Below are positions 19,101-23,314 of a DNA stretch of 40,900 nucleotides, in pieces. This DNA comes from Limisphaerales bacterium (GTDB taxonomy: Bacteria; Verrucomicrobiota; Verrucomicrobiia; Limisphaerales; SIBE01), in assembly GCA_044225505.1 (NCBI GenBank), contig JBGAIN010000064.1, positions 1-40,900 on the forward strand. The letters run 5' to 3'. Within the stretch, counting starts at the first letter, position 1; every line of letters begins with the position of its first letter. The position numbers and the translations under genes were made by a program. Below the pieces are notes generated by a model. That model had not been told where the DNA came from. It was given only the letters and a program-made list of their open reading frames with translations, and did no database searches.

Positions 19101-20448
19101 GGTGACACTTGCCCTCGACCCTGCCACCGATTCAGGACGGCCAGGCGATAACTTGACCAACGTCCCGCTGGTTAACCTCGTGGGAACGGCGACGCCAGGA
19201 CAAGCAATTGTTCTAGATGTGGATGGGGACGGTTTTGACGATGGAGACGCCTTGGCTGACGACTCCGGGCGATTCACGTTCCGAAATTTGCTGCTGAATG
19301 CTGGAACCCACTTACTCCGCGCCCAATTCGCGGGAGGACCCGATTCGAGCACGGTGGAATTGAGTGTAACCGTGGATACAGTTGCCCCGAGCCTCGTCAG
19401 CCAACGGATCAACGGTGGCCAATCCCAACGATCCATGGTGACGTCTATTGAACTCCAGTTCAGCGAGGATGTCTCGGCCAGTCTCGCTGCGGGCCTCTTT
19501 GCCCTGCGTAACTTGACCGCGTCGACCAACATCGCCGCGGCCGACATTCAGTTGACCTACGACACAGCGACTCATACGGCCACTTGGAGATTCCCGACAT
19601 TGACGGGCGGGTCGCTCCCTGACGGCAATTACGTCGCCACGTTGCTTGCGCGCGCTATAACCGATTCGGCGGGCAATACTCTGCAGCTGTCGGCCGACGC
19701 TCTGCCAACTGGAACGGTCGCGTTCGCGTTTTTCCGGTACTATGGGGATGTGGATGCGGACCGGGACGTTGACTTCCTCGATTTGTATTCATTCCAGGCA
19801 TCCTTCAAGACGAAGACGGGCGATGCCGGTTTCAAGGCCGCCTTGGATTTCAACGGCGACGGCCAGATTGAATCGTTGGATCTAGCGGCTTACCAACTTC
19901 ACTACCTAACCGCCTTGGCGCCGCCGTCTGGAGACGCTATCGGGACTGAGGCGCTGGTGTCCACTCAACCTATGATTGCCGCGGCGCCATCGCTGGGTGC
20001 AGATCCTGCCCGTCATCGCGCGGTGATCGTTGCCGCCGCAAATCCCACTGTCTTGTCGGGGGGACGAGCCCGTGTCTACTTGTCGACGGTGCCGCGACCG
20101 GGTTCGATCCGTCTCGCTTGGGGGGCTGAATCGATCACAAAGCCTGCTTTGGTTGGGCCTGCAGCACTCGGCGCTGATCCGTTGCGTCACAGGACCGCCA
20201 TCGCTCCGTCGAGTTATCCCGGTGTGCTTTGGGGCGGACGTTCCCAAGTTAGCCTGTCGAGCATCTCGCGCCAGGGCGCGATTGGCCTGGTTTGGAGCAA
20301 CGGATGGAATGTGCAGCCCGTGTCTGTGCTTGCTCCGGTTCTTGGGGCAGATGCAAGCCGCAATAGGGCGGCAGGAGCGGTCGTGGATACTTTTGCCCAG
20401 TGGCCGAGTGACGTGAAAGGCGAGTTTGGCTTGGACGGTGGTGCGTAA
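1..20448 (+). CDS. Giant multidomain RHS/YD-repeat surface protein (putative polymorphic toxin/adhesin), 5'-partial
   Basis: Frame 1 is open from base 1 (VLAAVGDKVAVVGQPLTFTV...) to TAA at 20446-20448. It contains DPDxD cadherin-like repeats, dockerin-like DxNxDG pairs, extensive YD repeats, the RHS core YFTGREWD..RARYYDPALGRFISQDPLG..NDPVNGTDPSG and a HEMGH zinc motif. Confidence 0.95.
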   Translation, partial: VLAAVGDKVAVVGQPLTFTVRVTDPDEDPLTFTADGLPNGAVFLGTDTYGVAQFTWIPAVADTGPHQITLRVSDSGNNGAASKATAAATIRVVVRSSNTAPLLADVPQKSVGQGSLLNFGLAASDPDADPLTFLASDLPRGASLNPQTGQFRWMPDFAQLGRYEFTVTASDGQAQATQYVTIDVTKTNRAPEMATPQPVLGQEGVRMSFKVGGGDPDGDSLLFFVEQLPPGANFDAQTQLFSWTPSFDQAGVYQIIFGVQDTSGVRATTSGLVQVLNVNRPPLVPIPDAHQIVVGHSFTTTVAANDPDNDKLNMTAGNLPAGASFDQKTAQFTWTPVGAQAGRYDIPITVSDGLSSVTRLLALVVTPQALSPNVRIELTPGFAVVPGAPVVIQLAASSISPIRSIRVSLGGVVQVLDPFNRVTFRPDAPGIYTVEATATDADDVVGTTVAEVLVRDPLDRVAPVVNLADEALLAVVTAPLQVSGAVADSNLNSWELTIAPLGGGEATVLASGRAVRDTSLPLGTLNPANFENGAYVVSLSAEDLSGRISHSERLVEINTPTKAGAYNRFETDFAITLDGITLPVARRYSSLNAGQSGAFGFGWEFVLAEPNVTTNVAPTGYESDGLFGAFRTTTRAYFTLPDGSRSGFTFSPVIIESGERNYYRPAWKSDAGVSYTLSSGSAVLQEVEGAFYQVGTGLPYNPASARFGIFDYGVTASDGTQYFYSAAGGLREIDGVSGQRLTWSGTGVNASDGSHIAIERGADGHVNRIVAPDGSQAVYTYDDTGNLLQVTVLEGNRRTWLGYHANADHLLVNVAASQAEVIRYDSEGLLLGVDLVGNVLGTTRQFLGQNQAVPLTALIPSTGRDATIYRSDIILGAGELNTSQSGKVTLGIEVEAAGWQPAAASVRGVTVGFTQMSGGKSLALVTLDQPGPYVIEFSAVPGSTTAAFSYTVFLAGDANTDGAVDGNDQAIVQGADGKRLGESGYIAAADWNRDNVIDAKDAAYVGASFGFLANQVPTVQKLPLSTVQGQPLTIDLHSLALDPDGNLLYFLVGSATHGDIRLVNGGRTAIFTPNGDFTGTASFVLQADDGSLRSAQTTVNVQVVPVTFNRFTFGGADSVIAIGQTVPLQLSGEYSGGTLVLSAESYAVGSSNPKVASVGPDGRVLGIGPGSATITFTLKNGGVVATAVTVGKADERLLEFYPESYALQPGETRQIVVRERLENTVENRSAAASGTAYFLSDPALASITADGLLTASASGTVTVTVVNGGQSRLAVFQISVAGNNGTVVGPSGGVVQASGTILGIPGGALDSDTQIRIRSVGQSELPFALPANWDFAAAIQVELGPSFLNAGVSLNLAAPSGAKPGDVLYVFEPGTVAGEDGQSSEQAWLLADTLTVGSDGRMRTTSPPNIGVYNRPFDFNLLFKPAGVGLAVISSTSILGVVAGLDLLSLRLQANQMVQRQQQVVPGAGGKTTVQTGYQPIVSLQSQFGDGSNNGPRYYAVSSPLGDLLIPVPARVNYTMTTRYVEPTGFVTVNSTGVRLEPGDYTTHALVQPPRYIAKGAQPPVIQEMTFNFGSLNNPLPAPQLEISGSDFVLKKDPWFGAPSFLGSKVSDLFVTIEIGGRDTFDAKGNVLPVGGRDAVISGSDLTLTKEGKLIASLPAGVMVAGGYVTVSRKMWQPLDGTWKIQVITGNPAQLVPNNRYSFAVNSGDGTLSVIDNFHIGQQEVPDPTKDDPGRTKFIDEPNPIEIARIPFKGGAAGSTLSPRNSTVTFDGSRVYVTLNGAAGVAVIDAVALQQIDTVLDDPADSKTVGIQFIPLAPGSRPFDLVAEPSGRYLYVSDESNAAIYVVDIDPFSKTFHTMVQTIPVAPAGLGLRGLALNSDGSLLFATAPGRTLFGNYSATTGSLIVIRTNIATRKAPQLDPDQPSIEVGPEPYDITGTDDPKVMLFVDRLDDSRGVGVLRLKTIGKTARWIPDYIDLRPFGEIERFVEGRPTQVFGVTNASSIVFLPANALKKAIGEHPSYAFITGYNKFVQGDPKHDPNLGGFEAYNYYFKDSKTNLTVSVPINAGGNIGIIRNPLGDFDDPLGYTVPRLVAATSPIPNSFPEGIAIAPGTFTVYAGYQSLNRAVAYNSVEMIAKIESEAKGKAISSYAQNVSGAGDRFSKLDGSPLTRLLRGPLSSVPIDAYDPAVILRADFFGVFDDKSGIPYVGGPLANISVPIVLGRLPRGLSAPPLVSGAVVALDATPYNQTPTLNEYPNDTLSVPVGVTAGANAQTGALAETHPLVTYSSMGLNQGLTLNYNSLRADPLFIYYFALRALPENPADLTLVVRLTIRDDTGHLVQADGMSATDAAQAGLTGGEIFFKLPESIPDGESFGAGIPIDARKLPTGLYTASLEYGVFKREANGKFVNGRFFTFTQPYAVVNKSEGPFGAGWGISGVYELYPGDAGVLLVDGSGREEIYLAPQNVGDAFTALSSSDYSNLYQLNDGTFVLRSKDGVEIRFDQNGKMIQRKDRNDNKIIYKWSGDNLTDVTDSVGLTTTLSYSGGLLQTVTDPAGRVTKFGYSGSGNLASITDPDNAKTTYAYGNSKYSHLITGVTLPRGNDPAESSGFKFEEKIEYDENGRVKAATRVDGKSITLAAAQMLHVVDLSAARVPGTPGTTVELSSRDKDANGNDTTTYTARATYTDFNGRTLTFTMTGFGQFRSDKDQQDGVKTENDRRDSADGYVTKITDQENNVVEYVYDAFGNVLTKTDYPNGTAVVETYTYDLRWSFVATQVDSIGREYVNQFDAHGNVLSTTITDPHAPAGSPSTVVLQFTYYGNGLIRTSSDGEGNTTTFTYDQYGRTKTIAYLDGSSKGFEYGDLTGNPTAVTDEVGVRTRMTYDPMNRLKTRSVSSASAQSGSWDWKNSYDAAGNLVDATNSNGKVAKSGYDQLNRTLSVTIDASDLALKTLYGYEYGSLSVPYAVKPETKGSYLYKQDPNGNVTVQVFDRKGLLVRSYSANGAQTTYVRDKAGRLRAQENPDGGVMKFTVDGRGRVTLQEGPTQESVTFVYDNANRITQQIVRNDARDGGDQATLTDYNLFNLPGLVTGPEGSVTRIYYDKAGNVTMKIEAAGSPVEFTTTYTYDARKRETSRVLNGVATVITTYYPDGTVKTVSDPRSSSIVTTFGYDEVKHQISRTDGAGGVWMSIFDGEGNLLSRSDPRGASSAWTYSYDGANRMTTQTDPYSGVTAYKYDNNGNTAEVRDPRGGVTSFAYNVLNLIEKLTDAEKGITRYIYDEMGRTKSITDARGAAYVTRYTYDHSGRVLTATDAQGRVTTNYYDRVGNLYRVDGPQGAQYRTEYVYDRLNRRRIVTVAPGTADEAVTRTDFNPLGLVSSVTDALNHVTSYTYDKLKYVQTRTDAFGTADAATWIYAHDKAGNLIAETDPRGSFYTTTYAYNDLGQRISMTSPQGTPNSGHTSTVFYTYDRAGNLASQSDARDKAVLTLVEYDLMNRLHKRTTPSGTVVLDYDVTSNLHFVTDADGNLTTYEYDHLKRQTDVLTSDGGRTTLVYDAVGHVRLKLGPQTTAQGGRATWEYDYDLLGRVWRTLDPEGNPTITTFDSGDNIESITDARGYKTTYVRDFQNRVIGEIRQAGSGEADVTTRLRYDKRGNLLGSTDARGNVTTYVYDSLNRVISVTAPPANTGGTSRKTTYTYDAKGNRTSTTDARGSFYSTIYVYDAQDHLIEEQRPQGSPDNPGPAAVYRYEYDDAGNITAAFDPRDSSYATRYFYDASNRIYRIERSNDSPLQSAPASVELLTYDAAGNLLTRTDSRGAGSITIYTYDSQNRIQTATDPAGNKTTYDYDFTGNVLKQTEADALTGKTRSYVFTYDGLGRRISETINGVFVTQWTYDETGNLVRIEGPLQGQNGSRFVETRSYDGLARVIETMDRAGNTSHIKYDASGNPVAITDGRGVTVVQEFSPAGFLEAVHQPIGVPGGGSAEVVTRYVYDEVGNSVRVIDPRGSAFATVTVFDAQNRPLKITVQGGGVTPDAVQGFKYDQVGNVTESTDALGRVTKTTYDAQSRPVRIESPAGAGATLRMVHQDLTYDAAGNVITLRSPGGDAYTSHMTYDALGRMATMTDAAGQTASWKFDRWGQLIENTSVQGKRTYEYDALGRQTRITDENGGETSFAYAGTIAEVIVTDPVGNKSQRFFDGLGRVVSVIDAAGNTTGFEYDAAGNRTAIIDGRHVRTEFIFDARGLLLSETHAAGTANAVTVTYAYDDLGRLKSATDYRGAFFGTTYSYDGLGHRLQMDQQVGTPQDPLIATTQWEYDALGNITAEIDPRGFRTEFDYDARNLVTEIRAADGPKGSSIVAVTKNVYDDAGKLVEQTTPLGYVIRFGYDLVGRQTTRQIELQSGDVGPGATLDTTWTYTYVGRQLRVDQTDANGFVTSTTYDGNNQPVHIVDPANGTTEIVYDKAGNVVSRTTGQITTVYTYDAMNRVRTMKAGEGGPTTYEYDEVGNVVKITDPLGHITSTSYDALGRRSSTTDANNRTTVYTYDEVGNVLSIRDPVGNETSYTYDGRNLLRTDTNASGTRTFTYDGTGKMVESTDRNGRVRRYEYDRAGRLVLEQWLDTNGKVIQEFQSDYDVEGRLLSISDAKTKVAYAYTEDATGRLTSETLTVSGFVTTTTYNPDKLGRPRSVALTSGTGPALLENTYTYDTLSDRLNKIEQSGSFATAKSVTFTYQSGVNLLQSMTRSAGVGGTLQNVVTTNYTTDARGLITRMAHILASGSTVASYDLVYGSSGLLSTSTSLSDREAFSYDAANQLTAVQHSDSALPAETYTYDAAGNRIASHRQPSLAIGADNQVEQAASASYNYDSEGNLVRHADLTAQRIYQYTWDYRNRLTSVSVTDLSGNIITVLNYFYDGTDRRVAVETQQRVPSASTQTRYYAYAGQAVLMEFVAPTTLGGAAAPTPVIAYLRGLGADMVLAQDGGSASTVYWDLADQQGTVRDLLSSAGIIVDHARIDAFGVILSRTNASVYQVNYFTGREWDQEAQLYQFRARYYDPALGRFISQDPLGLAGGDTNTYRFAGNDPVNGTDPSGMRALKPHRPAYTLPNYDQFFVDADAESNKAWWTSFMTFGHAQYDVHTEKASDGSFVLKGETTNVDPSKWGLAGQFAQGAYNIFAAYTGLAAFHQNGVDEVANLGLFFYGLGRGLYNVGKEFWNIGVDVFNLGKGALTGKNDAFTSGLFKMTEEMSFSRPLSILWAAGGMIAAPFVGATNLIKAIAAGDPGKAGEELAGVLPIPDSFALSFSGKSILKSFGMNLIPPLSDIAFAGLWNAGKSIYTKGLSGGLSDLAAAGRKWAGESMKNPFSTFKRWRDNVAAFPAYFRSAIKNDALGDAAKIEQLRTEIQASKERLREEIDSAWNAKFEEALAQKQKLRPNATPDQYQKLYKQAMAEADEAVKTLEAERRQTVFAEKFETRIYQDAYQSGRKEHLEKIKKTDPSLLMDEIGLSSALSAAGEAAGNKAVNKYKENLQLMDNTEALLQAAPTFRDNPHLFFQGQRKIYALDKKFAAGIGDFEALSSIGAHPSILEGFRKGDPQAVALAYLLREAKDWPPLRIRALDLIQNEQRTLADFTKMGLVERDVFRGLEKASGTLQKGEVLGVVGSFSTDPLTFAHRHMLMSLARDGHLDVWTLMAAYGRGGEATVMGRIIPDFGKRGGPFSEAGDFDFFVYTKEGAADLPGHEARKVTDLNTDEWAQQTLKNFGLGEQGVNGVAKGVLPESVSGLPADFDYAKYENNSMRGFGTSYRGSILFSEGKYVGRNQSLIYGAGGALVRDFGFLFSTAETLQREASQIVNVANLARIGDYFFGQAATRFAFYNDLAQRGLTTNELLGLRAVNAGASFGDVFVMRTNSPSVPTPVFIPGAGALDVNPDNVRNPFYGGYLGTKSGDTSGGVGNVNRPKDPFYGPLLPGMTPLLTEIDGFSVVPAYLLAGQDSSLIPSWNRIVQAAAQAWSSMLGTRLNLELQLRLGDLSDGTLATAQVLQLGLNGLPTVGLITIDSSADGHGWYMDFGTSFDAAAASDHYDLFTTVAHEMGHLLGLTSSFSGFASLIRRSPDGAAWLVSETVSAPLAGDGEHVSSLVFRGDLMTSTVSLGERRSPSVLDALLLRAAWRAADSVESIQPGSRSFQLAAGEIGFTVLAETLANDLAIPRSGVGNGDFAVGDPSNAAFAWHIFGSGNTQSGSAVMNEGNSLFSNFSQTFVIPAGATSLQFTILSAQFGANGAAPVDAFEAALLNASTGNPLAGSLNLTATDALLNWQGTGQIRFASTVTVGGVAASGGSLAKADATLVTIDLTGVVPGTVATLYFDLISFGPATSSVAIDDVHLLQNAPVTLALDPATDSGRPGDNLTNVPLVNLVGTATPGQAIVLDVDGDGFDDGDALADDSGRFTFRNLLLNAGTHLLRAQFAGGPDSSTVELSVTVDTVAPSLVSQRINGGQSQRSMVTSIELQFSEDVSASLAAGLFALRNLTASTNIAAADIQLTYDTATHTATWRFPTLTGGSLPDGNYVATLLARAITDSAGNTLQLSADALPTGTVAFAFFRYYGDVDADRDVDFLDLYSFQASFKTKTGDAGFKAALDFNGDGQIESLDLAAYQLHYLTALAPPSGDAIGTEALVSTQPMIAAAPSLGADPARHRAVIVAAANPTVLSGGRARVYLSTVPRPGSIRLAWGAESITKPALVGPAALGADPLRHRTAIAPSSYPGVLWGGRSQVSLSSISRQGAIGLVWSNGWNVQPVSVLAPVLGADASRNRAAGAVVDTFAQWPSDVKGEFGLDGGA
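2863..3015 (+). other. Dockerin-like (EF-hand pair) domain 1
   Basis: AGDANTDGAVDGND...ADWNRDNVIDAKD. Confidence 0.75.
3040..4230 (+). other. Cadherin-like/Big_9 domain, two Big_2-like Ig domains and a ZU5-like domain
   Basis: NQVPTV..DPDGNLLYF..FTPNGDFTGTASF; SSNPKVASVGPDGRV..GPGSATIT; SDPALASITADGLLTA; VGPSGGVV..LGIPGGAL. Confidence 0.6.
5098..6400 (+). other. YVTN-type beta-propeller region
   Basis: FAVNSGDGTLSVID, DGSRVYVTLNGAAGVAVID, PSGRYLYVSDESNAAIYVVD, LNSDGSLLFAT. Confidence 0.75.
7276..15225 (+). repeat. RHS/YD repeat shell with RHS-associated core and DPxG autoprotease motif
   Basis: Starts at GPFGAGW, continues with dense YD..GN/YD..GR repeats, and ends at PVNGTDPSG (DPSG 15214-15225). 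Confidence 0.92.
17890..18450 (+). other. Zinc metalloprotease (metzincin-like) domain
   Basis: YDLFTTVAHEMGHLLG at 18181-18228, distal His at 18337, GDLM Met-turn at 18370. Confidence 0.75.
19741..19905 (+). other. Dockerin-like domain 2 (C-terminal)
   Basis: YGDVDADRDVDFLDL...LDFNGDGQIESLDL. Confidence 0.75.
19984..20370 (+). repeat. C-terminal 58-aa repeat (two full copies plus one partial)
   Basis: LGAD(P/A).R(H/N)R begins at 19993, 20167 and 20341, an exact 174-nt period. Confidence 0.85.
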
Positions 20449-21222
20449 CTGAACCGGTCCGTAGATTATGGGTATGTTGTACCGACCGAATTGACATCGC
20501 ACTTTCTGCCGATTTGGCGCGGTAGCAATTTGGGGTGTGTTGCCGGATAGACATCGGGATTTGCAGCCGAAGTGCCGCGATGCGGTCGTAGGGGTAGGAC
20601 TCGTTTGGCTCATTTGGAGAGAGGGCCTCCGGTGGGCTGGCCCAACTGGCAAGGGAGCGATTCTGGCGGGCTTGGGCGAACGGAGATCGGAGTTGGGGAC
20701 CCGATGGCTGCGCTTGCAGCGGAGCGGCGGAAAAGCGTTTGCGCGCGGAGGGCGAGAGCTTGGCCCGGTTACGGACGAGGATGCTGGCCAAGCTGCCGCC
20801 CATGGGTACTCTGATCCCGGTCAAGTGCCAGTGATGTGTCGCATGGTATCGGCGAAGGACAACCCCAGGACTTTGACAAAGAAATCGATGGCATTGCCCG
20901 CCAGTGCACGGACGAAGCGAAACAACGACTTCATCGCCATCACGTCCTCTTGCCTGAGGACCCGCCGCCAGTCGAGTTCAGATTTGCGACGGCGGCTCTT
21001 GACGGCGGAACTCAGTCCAATGGGGGCAAGGTCCAGGAGGAGGACGGCACTGACGGCACTTCGGCCGCCTTCGGAGTGTCATTGCTTGCGAATCCACGAT
21101 GCCAATCCGGCCCGAAAACGGCACTTCCTACGACGGCACTGCGGGCCGCACAATTCATTTCCTAACGTTGAAGTCCATAAACCCGACCGTTGGTGACTTT
21201 TTGTCACCTTCCGGCTGAAGAA

Positions 21223-21245
21223 TTTGGGAACGGTCCGTTCCCAAA
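21223..21245. promoter_or_regulatory. Perfect palindrome TTTGGGAACGG-T-CCGTTCCCAAA (putative protein-binding site)
   Basis: 11-bp perfect arms with a 1-nt centre in intergenic DNA. A second dyad GGTGAC-N5-GTCACC lies at 21192-21208. Confidence 0.45.
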
Positions 21246-21344
21246 AGCGGCTGGGCAACCGCGATTTGTCGCACACTCTGTCAACAAATTGAGGACAGCC
21301 ACGCCAGCCCTATCCCTCAAGAACAGTATTTCCTTCACCTCTGG

Positions 21345-21460
21345 CAGCCTCCGGACAGCCTGTAAACAGCGTGCTCACAGCATCGCGACGCTGTGACCAA
21401 GCTGTCAGCAAGCTGTCACCAGCGAGCGACGAGCGTCCAACGGCGACTTCAGGCTGCGCT
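21345..21460. repeat. Degenerate ~11-bp-phased array with dyad symmetry
   Basis: CAGC at 21345, 21356, 21367, 21378, then GCTGT at 21390, 21401, 21412. Central dyad CACAGC-N8-GCTGTG at 21376-21395. Confidence 0.65.
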
Positions 21461-21626
21461 ACAAACGGCGCCACCTAAAACCGTTCGGTAAACTTATGTC
21501 AAAGAAATCTTAGTCCTTGCGCGCCAGCGTCTTGGAGTGCTCCAGACCTTTGGTGCTTTTCTCTCTAGGCGAGTCGCAAGTTCCGCATCTTCCTATTCCC
21601 CAACATGTTCCGTCTTGGCCTTTCCC

Positions 21627-21680
21627 TCTCGTAATCGCAATCGTAATCCCGATCCTCCTCGTAATCATTCTCCTAATCCC
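21627..21680. repeat. Degenerate hexamer tandem repeat (CGTAAT/CCTCCT-type)
   Basis: ctcgtaatcgcaatcgtaatcccgatcctcctcgtaatcattctcctaatccc. Confidence 0.6.
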
Positions 21681-21931
21681 GCCCCACCTTCCTCCGCTCT
21701 CTATCCCCCCATCGCGAACGATTGCCTCCACCCACAACCGGCGAGCGAGGTGTGCGGCATCGCCCCAACGCGCGCGTCGCGACGGCCCAATCGAATCCAG
21801 GAGCAGTTTGCTCCCGGCATATGCGACATATCTCCCGCCAGTCGCTCATTCTCGACTTGAAACCTAAATGTCTTCCTCACGCTAAAAACGAACTCCAAAG
21901 GAGGAGTTCGATAATCTTGACCGTTGGGCCC

Positions 21932-22648
21932 TCACGGTGATTCTGGCGGTGGCTCCATGTTCCTAGTGCTTGAATCCGGAGCTCTCGCAGGCGAGCCAGT
22001 GCCGAGGACTCGCTCTATCTTGGCGGCAGTTAGGTGGTGAATGCCTCTGATCCGGCATAGTTCTTTTTCAGGGGCTATCATGGCTGCTCGGACCGTTCCG
22101 AAATGGTCGAGCAAAGCGGCGGCTTTTTGCGGGCCAATCCCCGGCAACCCTTCAAGCACATAAAGTTGGAGTTTCCGGAGGCGCTTTGGTCGGGGTCCAA
22201 TGCGCTGAGCCCAATCGCTCTCTGAGCGGCAGAGTTGATGCCCAGCAAACAGTAAGAGTTGGGCCGTTTCTTCCGGCCCACGAGACCGAAGAATCGGCAG
22301 TTGGTAAATAAGGGTGAGCGAAACGATGGCCCCTTGTAAGGCATTTCGATGGACGCGAATCGCGGCCAGGTCTTGGCTCGTGCCCTCGAGAATGATGGCA
22401 CAGGATTGTTTCGATTCCGCCAGGCGGTACGCCTGGGAAAAAAGGCGCCCATCGATCACGGAGGCCGCAAAGTCGAGCAAGGTCTTGCGCTCGAACAGCC
22501 AGCCTGCTGTCTGATAGTCACCTAGTTTCATCTGTTCGAACGAGAGCTGAGCTTGGCCAGATTGCTCAAGAGAGTGAATGACTCGGCTCGAGCGTTCACG
22601 ATAATCAACCACGATCGCCAGGCTTTTCGACCGATCCTCCTCGATCAT
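21932..22648 (-). CDS. ERCC4/XPF-family nuclease with C-terminal helix-hairpin-helix motifs
   Basis: VDYRE, GDY, ERKTLLDF (ERKxxxD), DGRLFSQ and HhH LPGIGP. Confidence 0.88.
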   Translation of the reverse strand: MIEEDRSKSLAIVVDYRERSSRVIHSLEQSGQAQLSFEQMKLGDYQTAGWLFERKTLLDFAASVIDGRLFSQAYRLAESKQSCAIILEGTSQDLAAIRVHRNALQGAIVSLTLIYQLPILRSRGPEETAQLLLFAGHQLCRSESDWAQRIGPRPKRLRKLQLYVLEGLPGIGPQKAAALLDHFGTVRAAMIAPEKELCRIRGIHHLTAAKIERVLGTGSPARAPDSSTRNMEPPPESP

Positions 22649-22786
22649 ATCCAGCTTCTAGAGCTCCGCTTCTGAATTAGCAATGCAAATCAGAGCAATG
22701 CTGCAGGCGCAAGCTGATCGGCTGAATCTTTTTCCACGGCCAGGGGGGTTTGTCCTTAAGGCGAAAAGCTGAGAAGAGTATGAACG

Positions 22787-23314
22787 ATGGCGATGGGCCC
22801 AACCGAATCCCCGCCTCTGGTGAGTAAAGAAGGCCAACTCCCCCTTCTACGGGTGTGTCTGCTGCTCAACGAGACGGGAGCACTCTATTGGGTCTGTGGC
22901 GCCCAGGCTTGCATTTTGCGCGGCTTGGTACGCACGACTGAGGACGTGGACATCCTCGTCCAAGCAACAGAGGAGAATTGCCAACGTGTTATCGATGCAT
23001 TGGGACGGCTGGAAGATGGCGCGGCCCGCGAGCTCACGCCGCGCAATATTCTTGAGAATGTGGTGGTAAAGGTCGCAGATGAAGTGGAGGTCGACATCAG
23101 CACCAAAGCCTGGAAGATCGGTTACGAAGACGCGATCGCCAACGCAAGGGAAACACTGACCCCTTGGCACACGAATTGCCTCTATACGGATAATGCTGCG
23201 TTTTGTGACGCCTGCGCCAGCAAGCACGAATGCGGTGAGGAAATGCTTTCACCGATTGTCGATTCACCCCGGACAGGAGTTTGCGGCTATATCGGTCCTT
23301 CGATAGAACCGTAA
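22787..23314 (+). pseudogene. Truncated nucleotidyltransferase-fold gene fused to an unrelated Cys-rich C-terminal fragment
   Basis: GAQACILRGLVRTTEDVDILV (G..A...G..R.T.DxD) then an abrupt switch after ANARETL to CLY..FCDACASKHECGEEMLSPIVDSPRTGVCGYIG. The expected K..(R)..D..D NTase C-terminal helices are absent. Confidence 0.6.

Noticed and set aside
46..20416. Many antisense and alternate-frame ORFs (up to 377 aa) inside the giant gene
   Set aside because: Shadow ORFs expected in GC-rich coding DNA, with no recognisable motifs.
20537..21196. Overlapping ORFs downstream of the giant gene as immunity or transposase genes
   Set aside because: No recognisable domain, several competing frames, and no terminal inverted repeats found. 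Possibly decayed fragments.
21345..21460. Possible CRISPR array (also 40518-40620)
   Set aside because: The unit is only about 11 bp, there is no repeat-spacer structure, and no cas genes are present.
21517..21867. 116-aa ORF with a hydrophobic Ile/Leu/Pro stretch
   Set aside because: The apparent transmembrane segment is just the translation of the hexamer repeat.
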